The notes: generated by a model not told the origin, from the sequence alone. A stretch of DNA of 13,730 bases from Candidatus Methylomirabilia bacterium (GCA_046758965.1 JBHIBG010000070.1:1-13730), one strand, 5' to 3'; shown: positions 1 to 7,888, counted from the first letter of the stretch. Program-made: numbers and translations.

Positions 1-143
1 GATATGGGAACGTCATTGTCGTCCAGTCCAGCCCTCGGCGGCGCGTGGACCGGACCATGGTGAACCACGTCCTCACGGCCGCGCCAAGTGCCAGGTCGTT
101 GCTGCGGCCATAGAGCGTTTGCTTTACGCCAGGGGAAACAGCC

Positions 144-467
144 GTGCCCAGTGCCGCCCAGATGGTCGCCCACTGCTTCTTTCACCAGGATCCGGACCGT
201 CAGCAGCCCGTGTGTCCCCACTGCGGACACGCGCACTGGATGCAGTTGGGGCGGGGCTACCGTTGCTTCATATGCGGTTCGCTCTTCAAGACACCTGTGA
301 TGCGGACGCCGCCCTGTCCGACATGCCAAGGGATCCGCCGCGGCTCCCAAGACCCCGCTGTGCTCCAACCTGGAGCTGGGCGCCGCCTTGACCGTGATTG
401 TGGCGTGCAGGACCACCGGCCTACTACTGCTGCTGCCGCGGTCACCCGCGGGAGGCGGGATTTGTGA
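144..467 (+). CDS. Small Cys-rich zinc-ribbon-like hypothetical protein, possibly frameshifted near 330
   Basis: GTG start at 144 preceded by AGGGGA (131-136). Three CxxC motifs (CPHC, CFIC, CPTC). The C-terminal part after CPTCQG looks non-coding in this frame; an alternative frame is open to 495. Confidence 0.4.
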   Translation: MPSAAQMVAHCFFHQDPDRQQPVCPHCGHAHWMQLGRGYRCFICGSLFKTPVMRTPPCPTCQGIRRGSQDPAVLQPGAGRRLDRDCGVQDHRPTTAAAAVTRGRRDL

Positions 468-544
468 CAACCTGGCTGTGGGGCCTCTCGAATGATGGCC
501 CTCTTAGTCCTCCCATGGCGAAGGCCAAGAAGACCGGTGGCCCG

Positions 545-568
545 CCGGGAACCTTTCGAGGCTTCCGG
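545..568. terminator. Stem-loop immediately downstream of the SPOR gene
   Basis: ccgggaacct-TTCG-aggcttccgg, a 10-position stem with one mismatch and one G-U pair, 5 nt past the stop at 574. No U-tract, so termination function is uncertain. Confidence 0.3.
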
Positions 569-573
569 GGAAG

Positions 574-1215
574 TCAGTGCCTCTCGTCTCTCAAAATGAA
601 GCCGCGGAATCCCTTCGTCTCCAGGGCGATCTGTACCTCCTCAGCCTGTTCCCGGGTGGGGTACCTGCCGACCCGCACTACGTGAGGGGCGGCTGCCGAT
701 TCTCCCCGGCGAACCACGACGGGGTAGCGTCCGGCGCTGAGCCGGGCGGCCAGACGTGCGGCGTACTTCGACTTCTTGAAGGCACCGACCTGGACCCAAA
801 ACTCGCCCTTCGAGGGCCCGTGAGCCGCCGTCTTCCAGATGCGGGGCTCCCCTGACCGAGGTTCGGCTTGGGCAGTGACTTTTGTCGGAGGAGCAGCCGG
901 AACCGGTCGGAGTTTGGCGGTGACAGGCGGACTCACTGGAGGCTCAGGTCCCTTCGCGATTTGAGCGGTAGGCGGCAGCGCGGGAGCGTTTGCCGTCGCT
1001 CGTGGTGTTGTAGGCGGACGCGGAACTGCTGAAACCGGCGGCTTCAAAGGGACCGATGGCGTAACCTCCAATGCTGCCGGGTCCTGGGTTGGGAGGGGGC
1101 TGATCCAGTCCAGGAGGTAGGGGCGGGCGATAAGTGCCAGTCCGACGATGGCGACCCCGCCCAGGAGTAAGGGGAACGACCGCTTCAAACTACCCCGTCC
1201 GCGACTCTTGCTCAT
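574..1215 (-). CDS. SPOR-domain peptidoglycan-binding membrane protein (DedD/FtsN-like architecture), 213 aa
   Basis: Start reassigned to ATG 1215 (MSKSRGRG) with an AGAGGAG RBS upstream. Basic N-terminus, one TM segment (FPLLLGGVAIVGLALIA), Pro/Ala-rich linker, and C-terminal SPOR motifs (WVQVGAF ... HVVRVGRYPTREQA). Confidence 0.85.
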   Translation of the reverse strand: MSKSRGRGSLKRSFPLLLGGVAIVGLALIARPYLLDWISPLPTQDPAALEVTPSVPLKPPVSAVPRPPTTPRATANAPALPPTAQIAKGPEPPVSPPVTAKLRPVPAAPPTKVTAQAEPRSGEPRIWKTAAHGPSKGEFWVQVGAFKKSKYAARLAARLSAGRYPVVVRRGESAAAPHVVRVGRYPTREQAEEVQIALETKGFRGFILRDERH

Positions 1216-1290
1216 CAGTCTTCTCCTCTGCGAGAGGTCGAACCTTCTTGTCAGCCTTGCGATCCCCTGTCTCTGATCTCCTGGCGAATG

Positions 1291-1306
1291 AGCAAACACG
1301 GTGCCA
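1291..1306 (-). promoter_or_regulatory. sigma54 (RpoN) -24/-12 promoter upstream of the SPOR gene
   Basis: Minus strand reads TGGCACCGTGTTTGCT, matching TGGCAC-N5-TTGCW with exact GG-N10-GC spacing. It lies 75 nt upstream of the ATG in the correct orientation. Confidence 0.75.
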
Positions 1307-1400
1307 CCTACAAAAAAGCCAACAATGCCAGACAGTTGAGAGAAACGGCTGGCAGCGCCACACCGTAGAAGTGCAAGCGCGATCCGTAGCCGCGACAATA

Positions 1401-1428
1401 TGTCAGGAAATTCGTGTCAGCAATTCCG
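1401..1428. repeat. Imperfect 14-bp tandem repeat, candidate enhancer-binding-protein site
   Basis: TGTCAGGAAATTCG / TGTCAGCAATTCCG (11/14 identical), overlapping a GACA-ATA-TGTC palindrome at 1394-1404. About 95-120 bp upstream of the -24 element. Confidence 0.35.
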
Positions 1429-1610
1429 GGGGGGCTTCGCCACTCGGCGAGTCCAGTGCCCGATCGGTGTCAGTCCTCGGGCGCCTCAGTCGAAAACGTG
1501 AACGAGCTGAGGCGAAGCCAGATTGGACCGGCTCCTGAGCGGTGCACCTTGCGCGACCGGCGGGAGGGGATCAAACCTCTTCGGACCGTAGCTAGCCGCC
1601 GCTCCCCGAC

Positions 1611-2006
1611 CTAGGCTGTCCGATACTCTTCCCGCTTGCGCAGTTCGACGAAAACGCCGTGAGCATCCCGCGGATGAATCCACGCCACCTCCGGCCGCCG
1701 ATAGTCGACGCGGACGCCCTGCTCCCGCAAATAGGCCACACTGCCAGGAATCTCCTTGACCTCGAATCCTACCAGGTACACGCCTTCGCCGTGCTTCTCC
1801 AGGAAACGGCCGACAGCCTTCGTCGGGTCTGTCGGTTCCAGGAGCTCGATATGGCCGATTCCCGTTGGCAGGATCGCGCTCTTGAAACCGAATTCTTCCG
1901 ACATGCCCCGGCTATGGACGTGTAACCCGAAGAGCCGTGTGAACCGTTCGACCGCAGCATCGAGACTCCGGACAGCTACCGATAGCTCCACGATGTCGCC
2001 TAGCAT
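1611..2006 (-). CDS. VOC/glyoxalase superfamily protein, methylmalonyl-CoA epimerase-like, 131 aa
   Basis: Start reassigned to ATG 2006 (MLGDIVEL) with a GGAGGAG RBS. Typical motifs IELLEP, VGRFLEKHGEGVYLVGFEV and WIHPRDAHGVFVEL. Confidence 0.85.
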   Translation of the reverse strand: MLGDIVELSVAVRSLDAAVERFTRLFGLHVHSRGMSEEFGFKSAILPTGIGHIELLEPTDPTKAVGRFLEKHGEGVYLVGFEVKEIPGSVAYLREQGVRVDYRRPEVAWIHPRDAHGVFVELRKREEYRTA

Positions 2007-2062
2007 CGCTCTCCTCCCTCCGGATATGAGTTCGGGTTGGCCAACCTGTGGCGTAGCGAGGT

Positions 2063-3049
2063 CTAGCTTTGCCCGCCGGGCGCCGACATGCGCAGCATTG
2101 TCTGAGCGACCGACTCCGTCACATTTCCGCCGCTCAGGAGCGCCGCCGTCTTTCGGTCGACAGCCACTTTCCCTGCCAGATAGGCGGCGGGTGCCACCGT
2201 TCCGGCGGGCTCGCCCATCAGCTTTGCTCGAAAGAGGAGGGTCCGAAACGCGGCGGCGATCTCCTCTTCGGCGATGAGAACGATCTCGTCTAAGTACTTC
2301 TGCAGATGTTGAAAGGGAATCGTGCCGGGACGGACGGCCGAGAGCCCGTCGGCGAGGCTGTCCCAATAGTCGATCGTCGTGGGCTCTCCCCGTTGCAGGG
2401 AGACGTAGGCCGCATTGGCTTGTTGCGGCTGAACGCCGATGACTCTAATGTCCGGCCGCGACAGCTTGACCGCCGTCGCGACCCCGGCGGCCAGCCCCCC
2501 GCTGCTGACCGGAACGAGAATGGTCTCCACATCCGGGAAGTCCTCGATAATTTCCAGACCGATGCTCGCGTGACCGGCAATCACCATGTGGCTCTCCCAG
2601 GTATCGATTCCCGTCATCCCCCGCTGTTGGGCGATCTCGGCCACCTTGGGCTGCCGAGCCAGAGGATCGTTGCCGCAGAACACCACCTCCGCGCCGTATC
2701 CCCTCGTGGCGTCGACTTTATAGGGGCTGGTACGGTCCATCATCACGACCACGATCGGCACTCCCAGGCAGGCGCCCGCGTAGGCGAAGCCCTGAGCAAA
2801 GTTGCCGGACGAACTCAGCACCACACCCCTCGCCCGTTCCTCAGGGCTCTGGAAATTGATGACAGTGAAGGCAGCGCGCGGCTTGTAAGCGCCCGTCACC
2901 TGGAGGTTCTCGGCCTTCAGGAAGAGCTGTTCCCGTCCGACCTCTGCCGAATCACGGGCAAGGGGGAGGATCGGTGTCCGTCGGATGACGCGGGGGAGTG
3001 CCTCACGCGCTTTGCGGATCTCCTCGAGCCCGACGAGTCGTTCCATCAT
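2063..3049 (-). CDS. PLP-dependent serine/threonine dehydratase-family (fold type II) ammonia-lyase, no ACT domain
   Basis: LKAENLQVTGAYKPR (PLP lysine motif), SSGNFAQG, PVSSGGL, GVQP, LADGL, EPAG and LSGGN. AAGGA RBS upstream. Confidence 0.9.
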   Translation of the reverse strand: MMERLVGLEEIRKAREALPRVIRRTPILPLARDSAEVGREQLFLKAENLQVTGAYKPRAAFTVINFQSPEERARGVVLSSSGNFAQGFAYAGACLGVPIVVVMMDRTSPYKVDATRGYGAEVVFCGNDPLARQPKVAEIAQQRGMTGIDTWESHMVIAGHASIGLEIIEDFPDVETILVPVSSGGLAAGVATAVKLSRPDIRVIGVQPQQANAAYVSLQRGEPTTIDYWDSLADGLSAVRPGTIPFQHLQKYLDEIVLIAEEEIAAAFRTLLFRAKLMGEPAGTVAPAAYLAGKVAVDRKTAALLSGGNVTESVAQTMLRMSAPGGQS

Positions 3050-3099
3050 TTGGGGATTCCTTCCTGGTTAGGGACCCACGCGGAGACGGTCACGTCGAG

Positions 3100-3129
3100 A
3101 TTTTCTGTCCGAACCACCGTTCGAGTCAA
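3100..3129 (-). promoter_or_regulatory. Putative sigma70-type promoter for the dehydratase-VOC operon, with a palindromic operator in the spacer
   Basis: Minus strand TTGACT (3129-3124), 18-nt spacer, GAAAAT (3105-3100). The spacer contains CGAAC-N4-GTTCG at 3110-3123. Confidence 0.45.
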
Positions 3130-3279
3130 CAGTGCGGTTTCAACAGGTGTGCGCGGCCGTGATTGATCCTGCCGGTCGCTTCTGTTAGCGTAGGGCGCGA
3201 AACAGCAGCGAACAGTGAGCGACCTTGTCCTCTCAGTAGTGTGGCCCGGGGCGAGCTCGAACGGCGTGGAGGATGACCG

Positions 3280-4917
3280 GTGGACCAGATGACAGGCGGT
3301 CAAGCAGTGGTGCGGGCGTTGCGGCGGGAAGGGGTGCGCGTGGTGTTCGGGCTGCCAGGGGTGCAGATCATGGGGATCTATGACGCCTTTTACGGGCAGT
3401 CCGAGATCCGGTTGATCACCGTACGGCACGAGCAGACCAGCACCTATATGGCAGACGGCTATGCCCGGGTGTCGGGGCGGCCGGGCGTGGCGCTGGTCGT
3501 GCCGGGCCCCGGTCTCCAGAACGCCTCGGCCGGTCTGGCAACAGCGTACTCCTGCTCCTCTCCCGTGTTGGTTCTCGCGGGGCAAGTTGAGAGCAACATG
3601 TTGGGACAGGACAAAGGGGCCCTGCATGAGATCAGTGATCAACTGGAGATCGTCCGTCCTGTCACGAAATGGTGCCAGCGTGTCCTGAAGCCCGAGGAGA
3701 TCCCGGTCGCGATTCATGAGGCGATGCGCCAGATGCAGGCGGGTCGGCCCCGGCCGACGGTGGTAGAGATCCCGCCTGACGTGCTGGGCGCTACCGCCGG
3801 ATTTGCCCTGAGCGATCCCGCACCCAAGGTGGCGCTCCTTCCGGATTCCGAGTCGGTGCGTCACGCCGCCGAGATGCTCACCACGGCGAGAAAACCGCTG
3901 ATCTGGGCGGGAGGTGGCGTGATCCGGGCTGGCGCCTCGCCGGAGTTGAGGGCCCTTGCAGAGGCATTAGGCGCGCCCGTGGCAACCACCGCGCAGGGGA
4001 AAGGTGCCCTTCCTGAAGACCATCCGCTCTCCCTCGGAGTTGGCTACTACGGCCATGGCGCACCGGCCCTCGCGGCGCCACGCGCTGATGTGATTCTTGC
4101 CGTCGGCACCCGCCTTACCGGACAGATGCGCGGGCGCACCGCGCTCCAACCACCGCAACGGTTGATCCACCTCGACGTGGACGCCTCCGTGATCGGGAAA
4201 AACTACCCGGCTGAAGTTTCGGTCGTGAGCGATGCGAAGCCCGGCCTCCAGAGGCTGGGCGAGATGGTTCGGGCGCGAAAGGTTCCTCAAGCGCGCTGGC
4301 CGGATGCGGAACTCGAGGAGATCAGGCGGAGCGCCGAGGCCTGGGTGCGGCAGCAGGCACCCCTGCAATGTGAGATCATCAGTCAGCTGCAAGGTGCACT
4401 CAGCGCCGATGCGGTGATCGTCAGCGGCATTACCAATGTGGCGTACTGGGCGCATTTCATGCTGCGTGTCAGGCAGCCCCGCCCCTACCTCACCGCATCG
4501 TACTATGCCACCCTGGGGTTTGCGTTCCCGACCGCTTTGGGGGCAAAGATCGCCGCGCCGGAGCGCCCCGTGATCAGCCTTTCAGGCGACGGTGGCTTTA
4601 TGTATGCGCTGCCCGAACTGGCAACTGCCGTACAGTACGGGATCAACGTGGTCGCCATCGTTTTTGTCGACGGCGCCTTCGGGGCCTCGAAGCACGACCA
4701 ACAGACCCGGTATGGGGGCAGGGTCGTAGGGACCGAACTCTATTCTCCGAGTTTCGCACGGGTGGCTGAGGCGTTCGGCGCCCAAGGCATCGCGGCTGAA
4801 CCGGCGACCGTGGGCGAGGCCCTCAGAAAGGCGATCGAAGCCAGGCGGCCAGCGGTGATCGAGGTGCCGATCCCCACGCTGGTCCCGCCGTTCCAGATCC
4901 CGTCCCCAGCGGGGTAG
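3280..4917 (+). CDS. Thiamine diphosphate-dependent enzyme, acetolactate synthase large-subunit family
   Basis: GGAGG RBS at 3268-3272. N-terminal VFGLPG, RHEQ (catalytic Glu), ADGYARVSG and PGPG; central AGGG and AVGTR; C-terminal ThDP motif GDGGF-...-VD. Confidence 0.92.
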   Translation: MDQMTGGQAVVRALRREGVRVVFGLPGVQIMGIYDAFYGQSEIRLITVRHEQTSTYMADGYARVSGRPGVALVVPGPGLQNASAGLATAYSCSSPVLVLAGQVESNMLGQDKGALHEISDQLEIVRPVTKWCQRVLKPEEIPVAIHEAMRQMQAGRPRPTVVEIPPDVLGATAGFALSDPAPKVALLPDSESVRHAAEMLTTARKPLIWAGGGVIRAGASPELRALAEALGAPVATTAQGKGALPEDHPLSLGVGYYGHGAPALAAPRADVILAVGTRLTGQMRGRTALQPPQRLIHLDVDASVIGKNYPAEVSVVSDAKPGLQRLGEMVRARKVPQARWPDAELEEIRRSAEAWVRQQAPLQCEIISQLQGALSADAVIVSGITNVAYWAHFMLRVRQPRPYLTASYYATLGFAFPTALGAKIAAPERPVISLSGDGGFMYALPELATAVQYGINVVAIVFVDGAFGASKHDQQTRYGGRVVGTELYSPSFARVAEAFGAQGIAAEPATVGEALRKAIEARRPAVIEVPIPTLVPPFQIPSPAG

Positions 4918-4947
4918 CGCGCGGGCCGGGCTGCCCTTGCGCCCGTG

Positions 4948-5898
4948 TTACCGCGCCGTGCGGCTGAACTTCTGCAGGCACCGGATCTCGCGCGGCGGTT
5001 TCTCGTGGCGGCCCTTGGCCGTGTAGGAGACCTCGGCCACGTAGAGATCACCGTGCGAGTCGGTCACGACGCCGTGGGGAGCGACGAATTGACCCGGCTG
5101 CTCCCCGCCGAACCGATCCCCGATGCGGCCGACGAGCGTCGACTCCATCGAGAGGATGCTCACCCGGTTGCCGATGTTGGGGACCGTATCATTAATCCCC
5201 ACCCCCGTGCCGAGTTCCCCGACGTAGACGTATCGCTCGTTCCGCGGGTCGGCGAAGAGTCCACAGGGGCGGTGGAGGTTGTTCCACTGGGCCAGGTAGC
5301 GTCCCTGAGGATCGAAGATCTGGATCCGGTGGTTCTCCCTGTCGGCCACGTAGACCAGGCCCTCTGGATCCGTCGCGATATTGTGGGGGATGTTGAAGCA
5401 GCCAGGATCCGTGCCCGGCTCGCCCCAGGAGAAGAGGTGGCGGCCCCGCGCGTCGTACTTGTGCACGCGTGAGTTGCCGTAGCCGTCCGAGATGTAAAGG
5501 GCTCCCGTCCGAGGGCAGAGCGCCACGTGGGTGGGCCGATTGAACGGCTTGCCGCCCTGGAGCTCTGCCGGCTTGTCCGGATCGCCTATGGTGAGGAGGA
5601 GCTTCCCCTCAGGCCTGAACTTTCGGATGGTGTGGTTGCCGTCGTCTGTCAGCCACACCTCATCGTCGGGCCCGATGGTGATGCCGTGGGCTCGAGACAC
5701 CAGCCCCTCGCCCCACGAGCGCAGGAAGTTGCCGTCACGGTCGAAGACGATGACCGGATGGTCCCCCCGGCAGAAGACGTAGACGTGGTCCTTGGAGTCC
5801 ACGGCCACCCCAGCAGCCTCCCCGTACCGGTAGCCCGGCGGGAGCGTTCCCCACGCCTCGACCACGGTGAAGTCCAGGGTCCTCATCTCCTCGTTCAT
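4948..5898 (-). CDS. NHL-repeat beta-propeller, peptidyl-alpha-hydroxyglycine alpha-amidating lyase (PAL)-like, 316 aa
   Basis: Start reassigned to ATG 5898 (MNEEMRTL) with a GGAGGA RBS. NHL repeats containing AHGI, SDGYGNSRV, PHNI, ADRENHRIQ and PHGV. No signal peptide. Confidence 0.88.
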   Translation of the reverse strand: MNEEMRTLDFTVVEAWGTLPPGYRYGEAAGVAVDSKDHVYVFCRGDHPVIVFDRDGNFLRSWGEGLVSRAHGITIGPDDEVWLTDDGNHTIRKFRPEGKLLLTIGDPDKPAELQGGKPFNRPTHVALCPRTGALYISDGYGNSRVHKYDARGRHLFSWGEPGTDPGCFNIPHNIATDPEGLVYVADRENHRIQIFDPQGRYLAQWNNLHRPCGLFADPRNERYVYVGELGTGVGINDTVPNIGNRVSILSMESTLVGRIGDRFGGEQPGQFVAPHGVVTDSHGDLYVAEVSYTAKGRHEKPPREIRCLQKFSRTAR

Positions 5899-5935
5899 GG
5901 CGTCCTCCGGCCTCGTCCCGCCATCTCCTCGGTGC

Positions 5936-6874
5936 TCAGCCCAGGCCGCCCCGGAGGCGGGGATCGGTTTCATCCCGGACCGCGTCCCCGAGGAGGTTCA
6001 GCCCGAAAACCGCAAGGCTGATCGCCAGCCCGGGGAAGAACACGATCCAGGGAGCCCGCTCGAGCGAATCGAGGCCAGCCGAGAGCATGGTGCCCCAGGA
6101 GGGCTCATCGGGCGGCGCCCCCAACCCCAGAAATGACAGAGCGGCCTCTACGACAATGGCGTAAGCCAGGTTCACGGTCACGAGGACGACGTAGGTGGCG
6201 AGGCTGTTCGGGAGAATGTGGAGCATGATGATCCGCCAGTGCGAGCACCCGGTCGCGCGCGCCGCTTCGACGAACGGCCGCTCCTTGATGCTAAGGGTGA
6301 CTGACCTGAGCGTGCGGGCAGCGGTGGGGGCCAGGAGCACGGCTAAGGCCAGGATCACGTTGTTCACCGACTGGCCGAGCGCGGCCATGAGCGACAGCGC
6401 CAGGATGATCGGCGGCAGAGACATGAGCGTGTCTACCACCCGTTGGCTCACGTTATCTGCCGGCCCCCCGAAGTAGGCAGTGGCGACGCCCCAGAGGGCC
6501 CCCAGGGTGATTCCCAGCAAGGCCGAGGCGAGCCCGACGTAGAGGGAGAGCCGGGCCCCCCAGATGGCGCGGCTCAAGATGTCGCGCCCCAGGTGATCAG
6601 TCCCCAAGGGGAACTCCGCGCTCGGTGGCAGGTAGGCGTCGAAGCTGACGTCCTTGGGGCCGTGGGGAGCGAGCACGGGGGCGAAGAGAGCTACGGTGAC
6701 CAGTGCCAGAACGATGACGCCGCCTACGGCTCCAAGTGGCTGCCGGGCAACAAAGCGAAGGAGGGCCTGCCTGACGCCGGGACGTGCCCGCGCCACCTCC
6801 AAGCTCACCGCCGCTGACGGCCCGGCAGCCGGGCCGCCAACGAAGCTGGGTCGAGCTTCCGCGCGCCGGGCCAT
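5936..6874 (-). CDS. ABC transporter permease, DppC/OppC family, 312 aa
   Basis: Start at ATG 6874 overlapping the upstream stop (TGATG). LGTDHLGRD, EAA motif (FVEAARATG...HILPN), LSFLGLG..P..PSWG, NLLGDAVRD..DPR. Confidence 0.93.
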   Translation of the reverse strand: MARRAEARPSFVGGPAAGPSAAVSLEVARARPGVRQALLRFVARQPLGAVGGVIVLALVTVALFAPVLAPHGPKDVSFDAYLPPSAEFPLGTDHLGRDILSRAIWGARLSLYVGLASALLGITLGALWGVATAYFGGPADNVSQRVVDTLMSLPPIILALSLMAALGQSVNNVILALAVLLAPTAARTLRSVTLSIKERPFVEAARATGCSHWRIIMLHILPNSLATYVVLVTVNLAYAIVVEAALSFLGLGAPPDEPSWGTMLSAGLDSLERAPWIVFFPGLAISLAVFGLNLLGDAVRDETDPRLRGGLG

Positions 6875-7836
6875 CAGGCGTACCTGATCCTCGGGTCCAG
6901 CCAGGCGTAGAGCAGGTCCACCAGGAGGTTGATTATGAGAAATACCAACGCCATGATAAAGATGATGGCCTGCACCGTGGGGTAGTCCCGGTGCTGGACC
7001 GCCTCGATAAGCCCCGTGCCCATCCCGGGGACGGCGAAGATGATCTCCATGACCACGATCCCGCCCAGGAGCCGCCCTCCCCACCAGCCGATGAAGGTCA
7101 CCACGGGCAGCAAGGAGTTGCGCAGGGCGTGGCCATAGACGACGGCACGCTCCCCGAGGCCTTTGGCTCGGGCGGTCCGCACGTAGTCCTCCCGAATCAC
7201 CTCGAGCATCTGCGAGCGCGTGAGCCGCGTGATCGGCGCGCTGATGTAGTACGCCTGAACGAGCGCGGGCCAGACGAGCTGCTTGAGGTTCTCGGAGGGG
7301 TTGTCGAAGAGACCGTGATATTCGAGCGGCGGAAGCCAGTGGAAAAACCGGACGAGGCTGTAGATGATCAGGATTCCGGTGAAGTAGATCGGCAAGCTGA
7401 GCCCGCTGATGCTGACCACGCGCACCAGGTAGTCGGCCCAGCTGTTCTGGTGCACGGCCGAGATCACCCCCAGCGGCACCGCGAAGAACACGGCGACGAT
7501 CACCGTCATGAGCGCGAGTTGCATCGAGACCGGGAAGCGCTCGCGGACGATCTGCATCACCGGCCGGTCCTGCCAGTAGGAGATCCCAAAATCGGCGCGC
7601 GCCGCGTTGGCCAGCCACATCACATACTGGACGGCGATGGGACGGTCCAGGCTGAGGTCGTGGCGGATCTGCTGGATCTGCTGCTCTTGGACGTCGCTGA
7701 ATTCGGTGCCCGCCTCGTAGACCAGGATCTCGGCGATGTCACCAGGAACGAGGCGCATCAGGACGAAGATCAGCAGGGAGGCGCCGAAGAGCGATGGCAC
7801 GAAGAGTAGCAGGCGTCGGAGGACATACTTCCGCAT
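6874..7836 (-). CDS. ABC transporter permease, DppB/OppB family
   Basis: MRKYVLRRL, LVPGD, LDRPIAVQY, DFGIS, EDYVRTARAKGL...HALRN, RDYPTVQ, DLLYAWLDPRIR. Confidence 0.95.
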   Translation of the reverse strand: MRKYVLRRLLLFVPSLFGASLLIFVLMRLVPGDIAEILVYEAGTEFSDVQEQQIQQIRHDLSLDRPIAVQYVMWLANAARADFGISYWQDRPVMQIVRERFPVSMQLALMTVIVAVFFAVPLGVISAVHQNSWADYLVRVVSISGLSLPIYFTGILIIYSLVRFFHWLPPLEYHGLFDNPSENLKQLVWPALVQAYYISAPITRLTRSQMLEVIREDYVRTARAKGLGERAVVYGHALRNSLLPVVTFIGWWGGRLLGGIVVMEIIFAVPGMGTGLIEAVQHRDYPTVQAIIFIMALVFLIINLLVDLLYAWLDPRIRYA

Positions 7837-7857
7837 CGCGAGTCGTGAAGCCGCTGA

Positions 7858-7888
7858 TGCAAAGGGCCCCGTTCAGGGGCCCTCTGCA
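7858..7888 (-). terminator. Intercistronic stem-loop between the SBP and permease genes (mRNA stabiliser or attenuator)
   Basis: Minus strand TGCAGAGGGCCCC-TGAAC-GGGGCCCTTTGCA: a 13-bp stem, fully paired (one G-U) only on the sense strand. Confidence 0.65.

Noticed and set aside
1216..1398. N-terminal 61-aa extension of the SPOR ORF
   Set aside because: It covers the sigma54 promoter, and a strong RBS precedes ATG 1215.
2007..2366. N-terminal extension of the 251-aa ORF 1611..2366
   Set aside because: It overlaps the dehydratase gene in another frame and is Arg-rich junk. The RBS supports ATG 2006.
3164..3195. TPP-riboswitch-like words TGATC and AGCGTAGGG upstream of a ThDP enzyme
   Set aside because: The spacing is too long, there is no GG-TAAT-CC type P5 hairpin, and there is no upstream CTGAGA element.
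2306..3864. Long ORFs 2306..3166 (+) and 3046..3864 (-)
   Set aside because: Antisense shadows of well-supported genes in GC-rich DNA, with no recognisable motifs.
3280..4917. Calling the ThDP enzyme ilvB or glyoxylate carboligase (gcl)
   Set aside because: There is no ilv context, and classical Gcl replaces the catalytic Glu with Val whereas RHEQ is intact here.
4917..4946. Hairpin between the convergent ThDP and NHL genes
   Set aside because: Imperfect GC-only stem without U-tracts; cannot be distinguished from chance.
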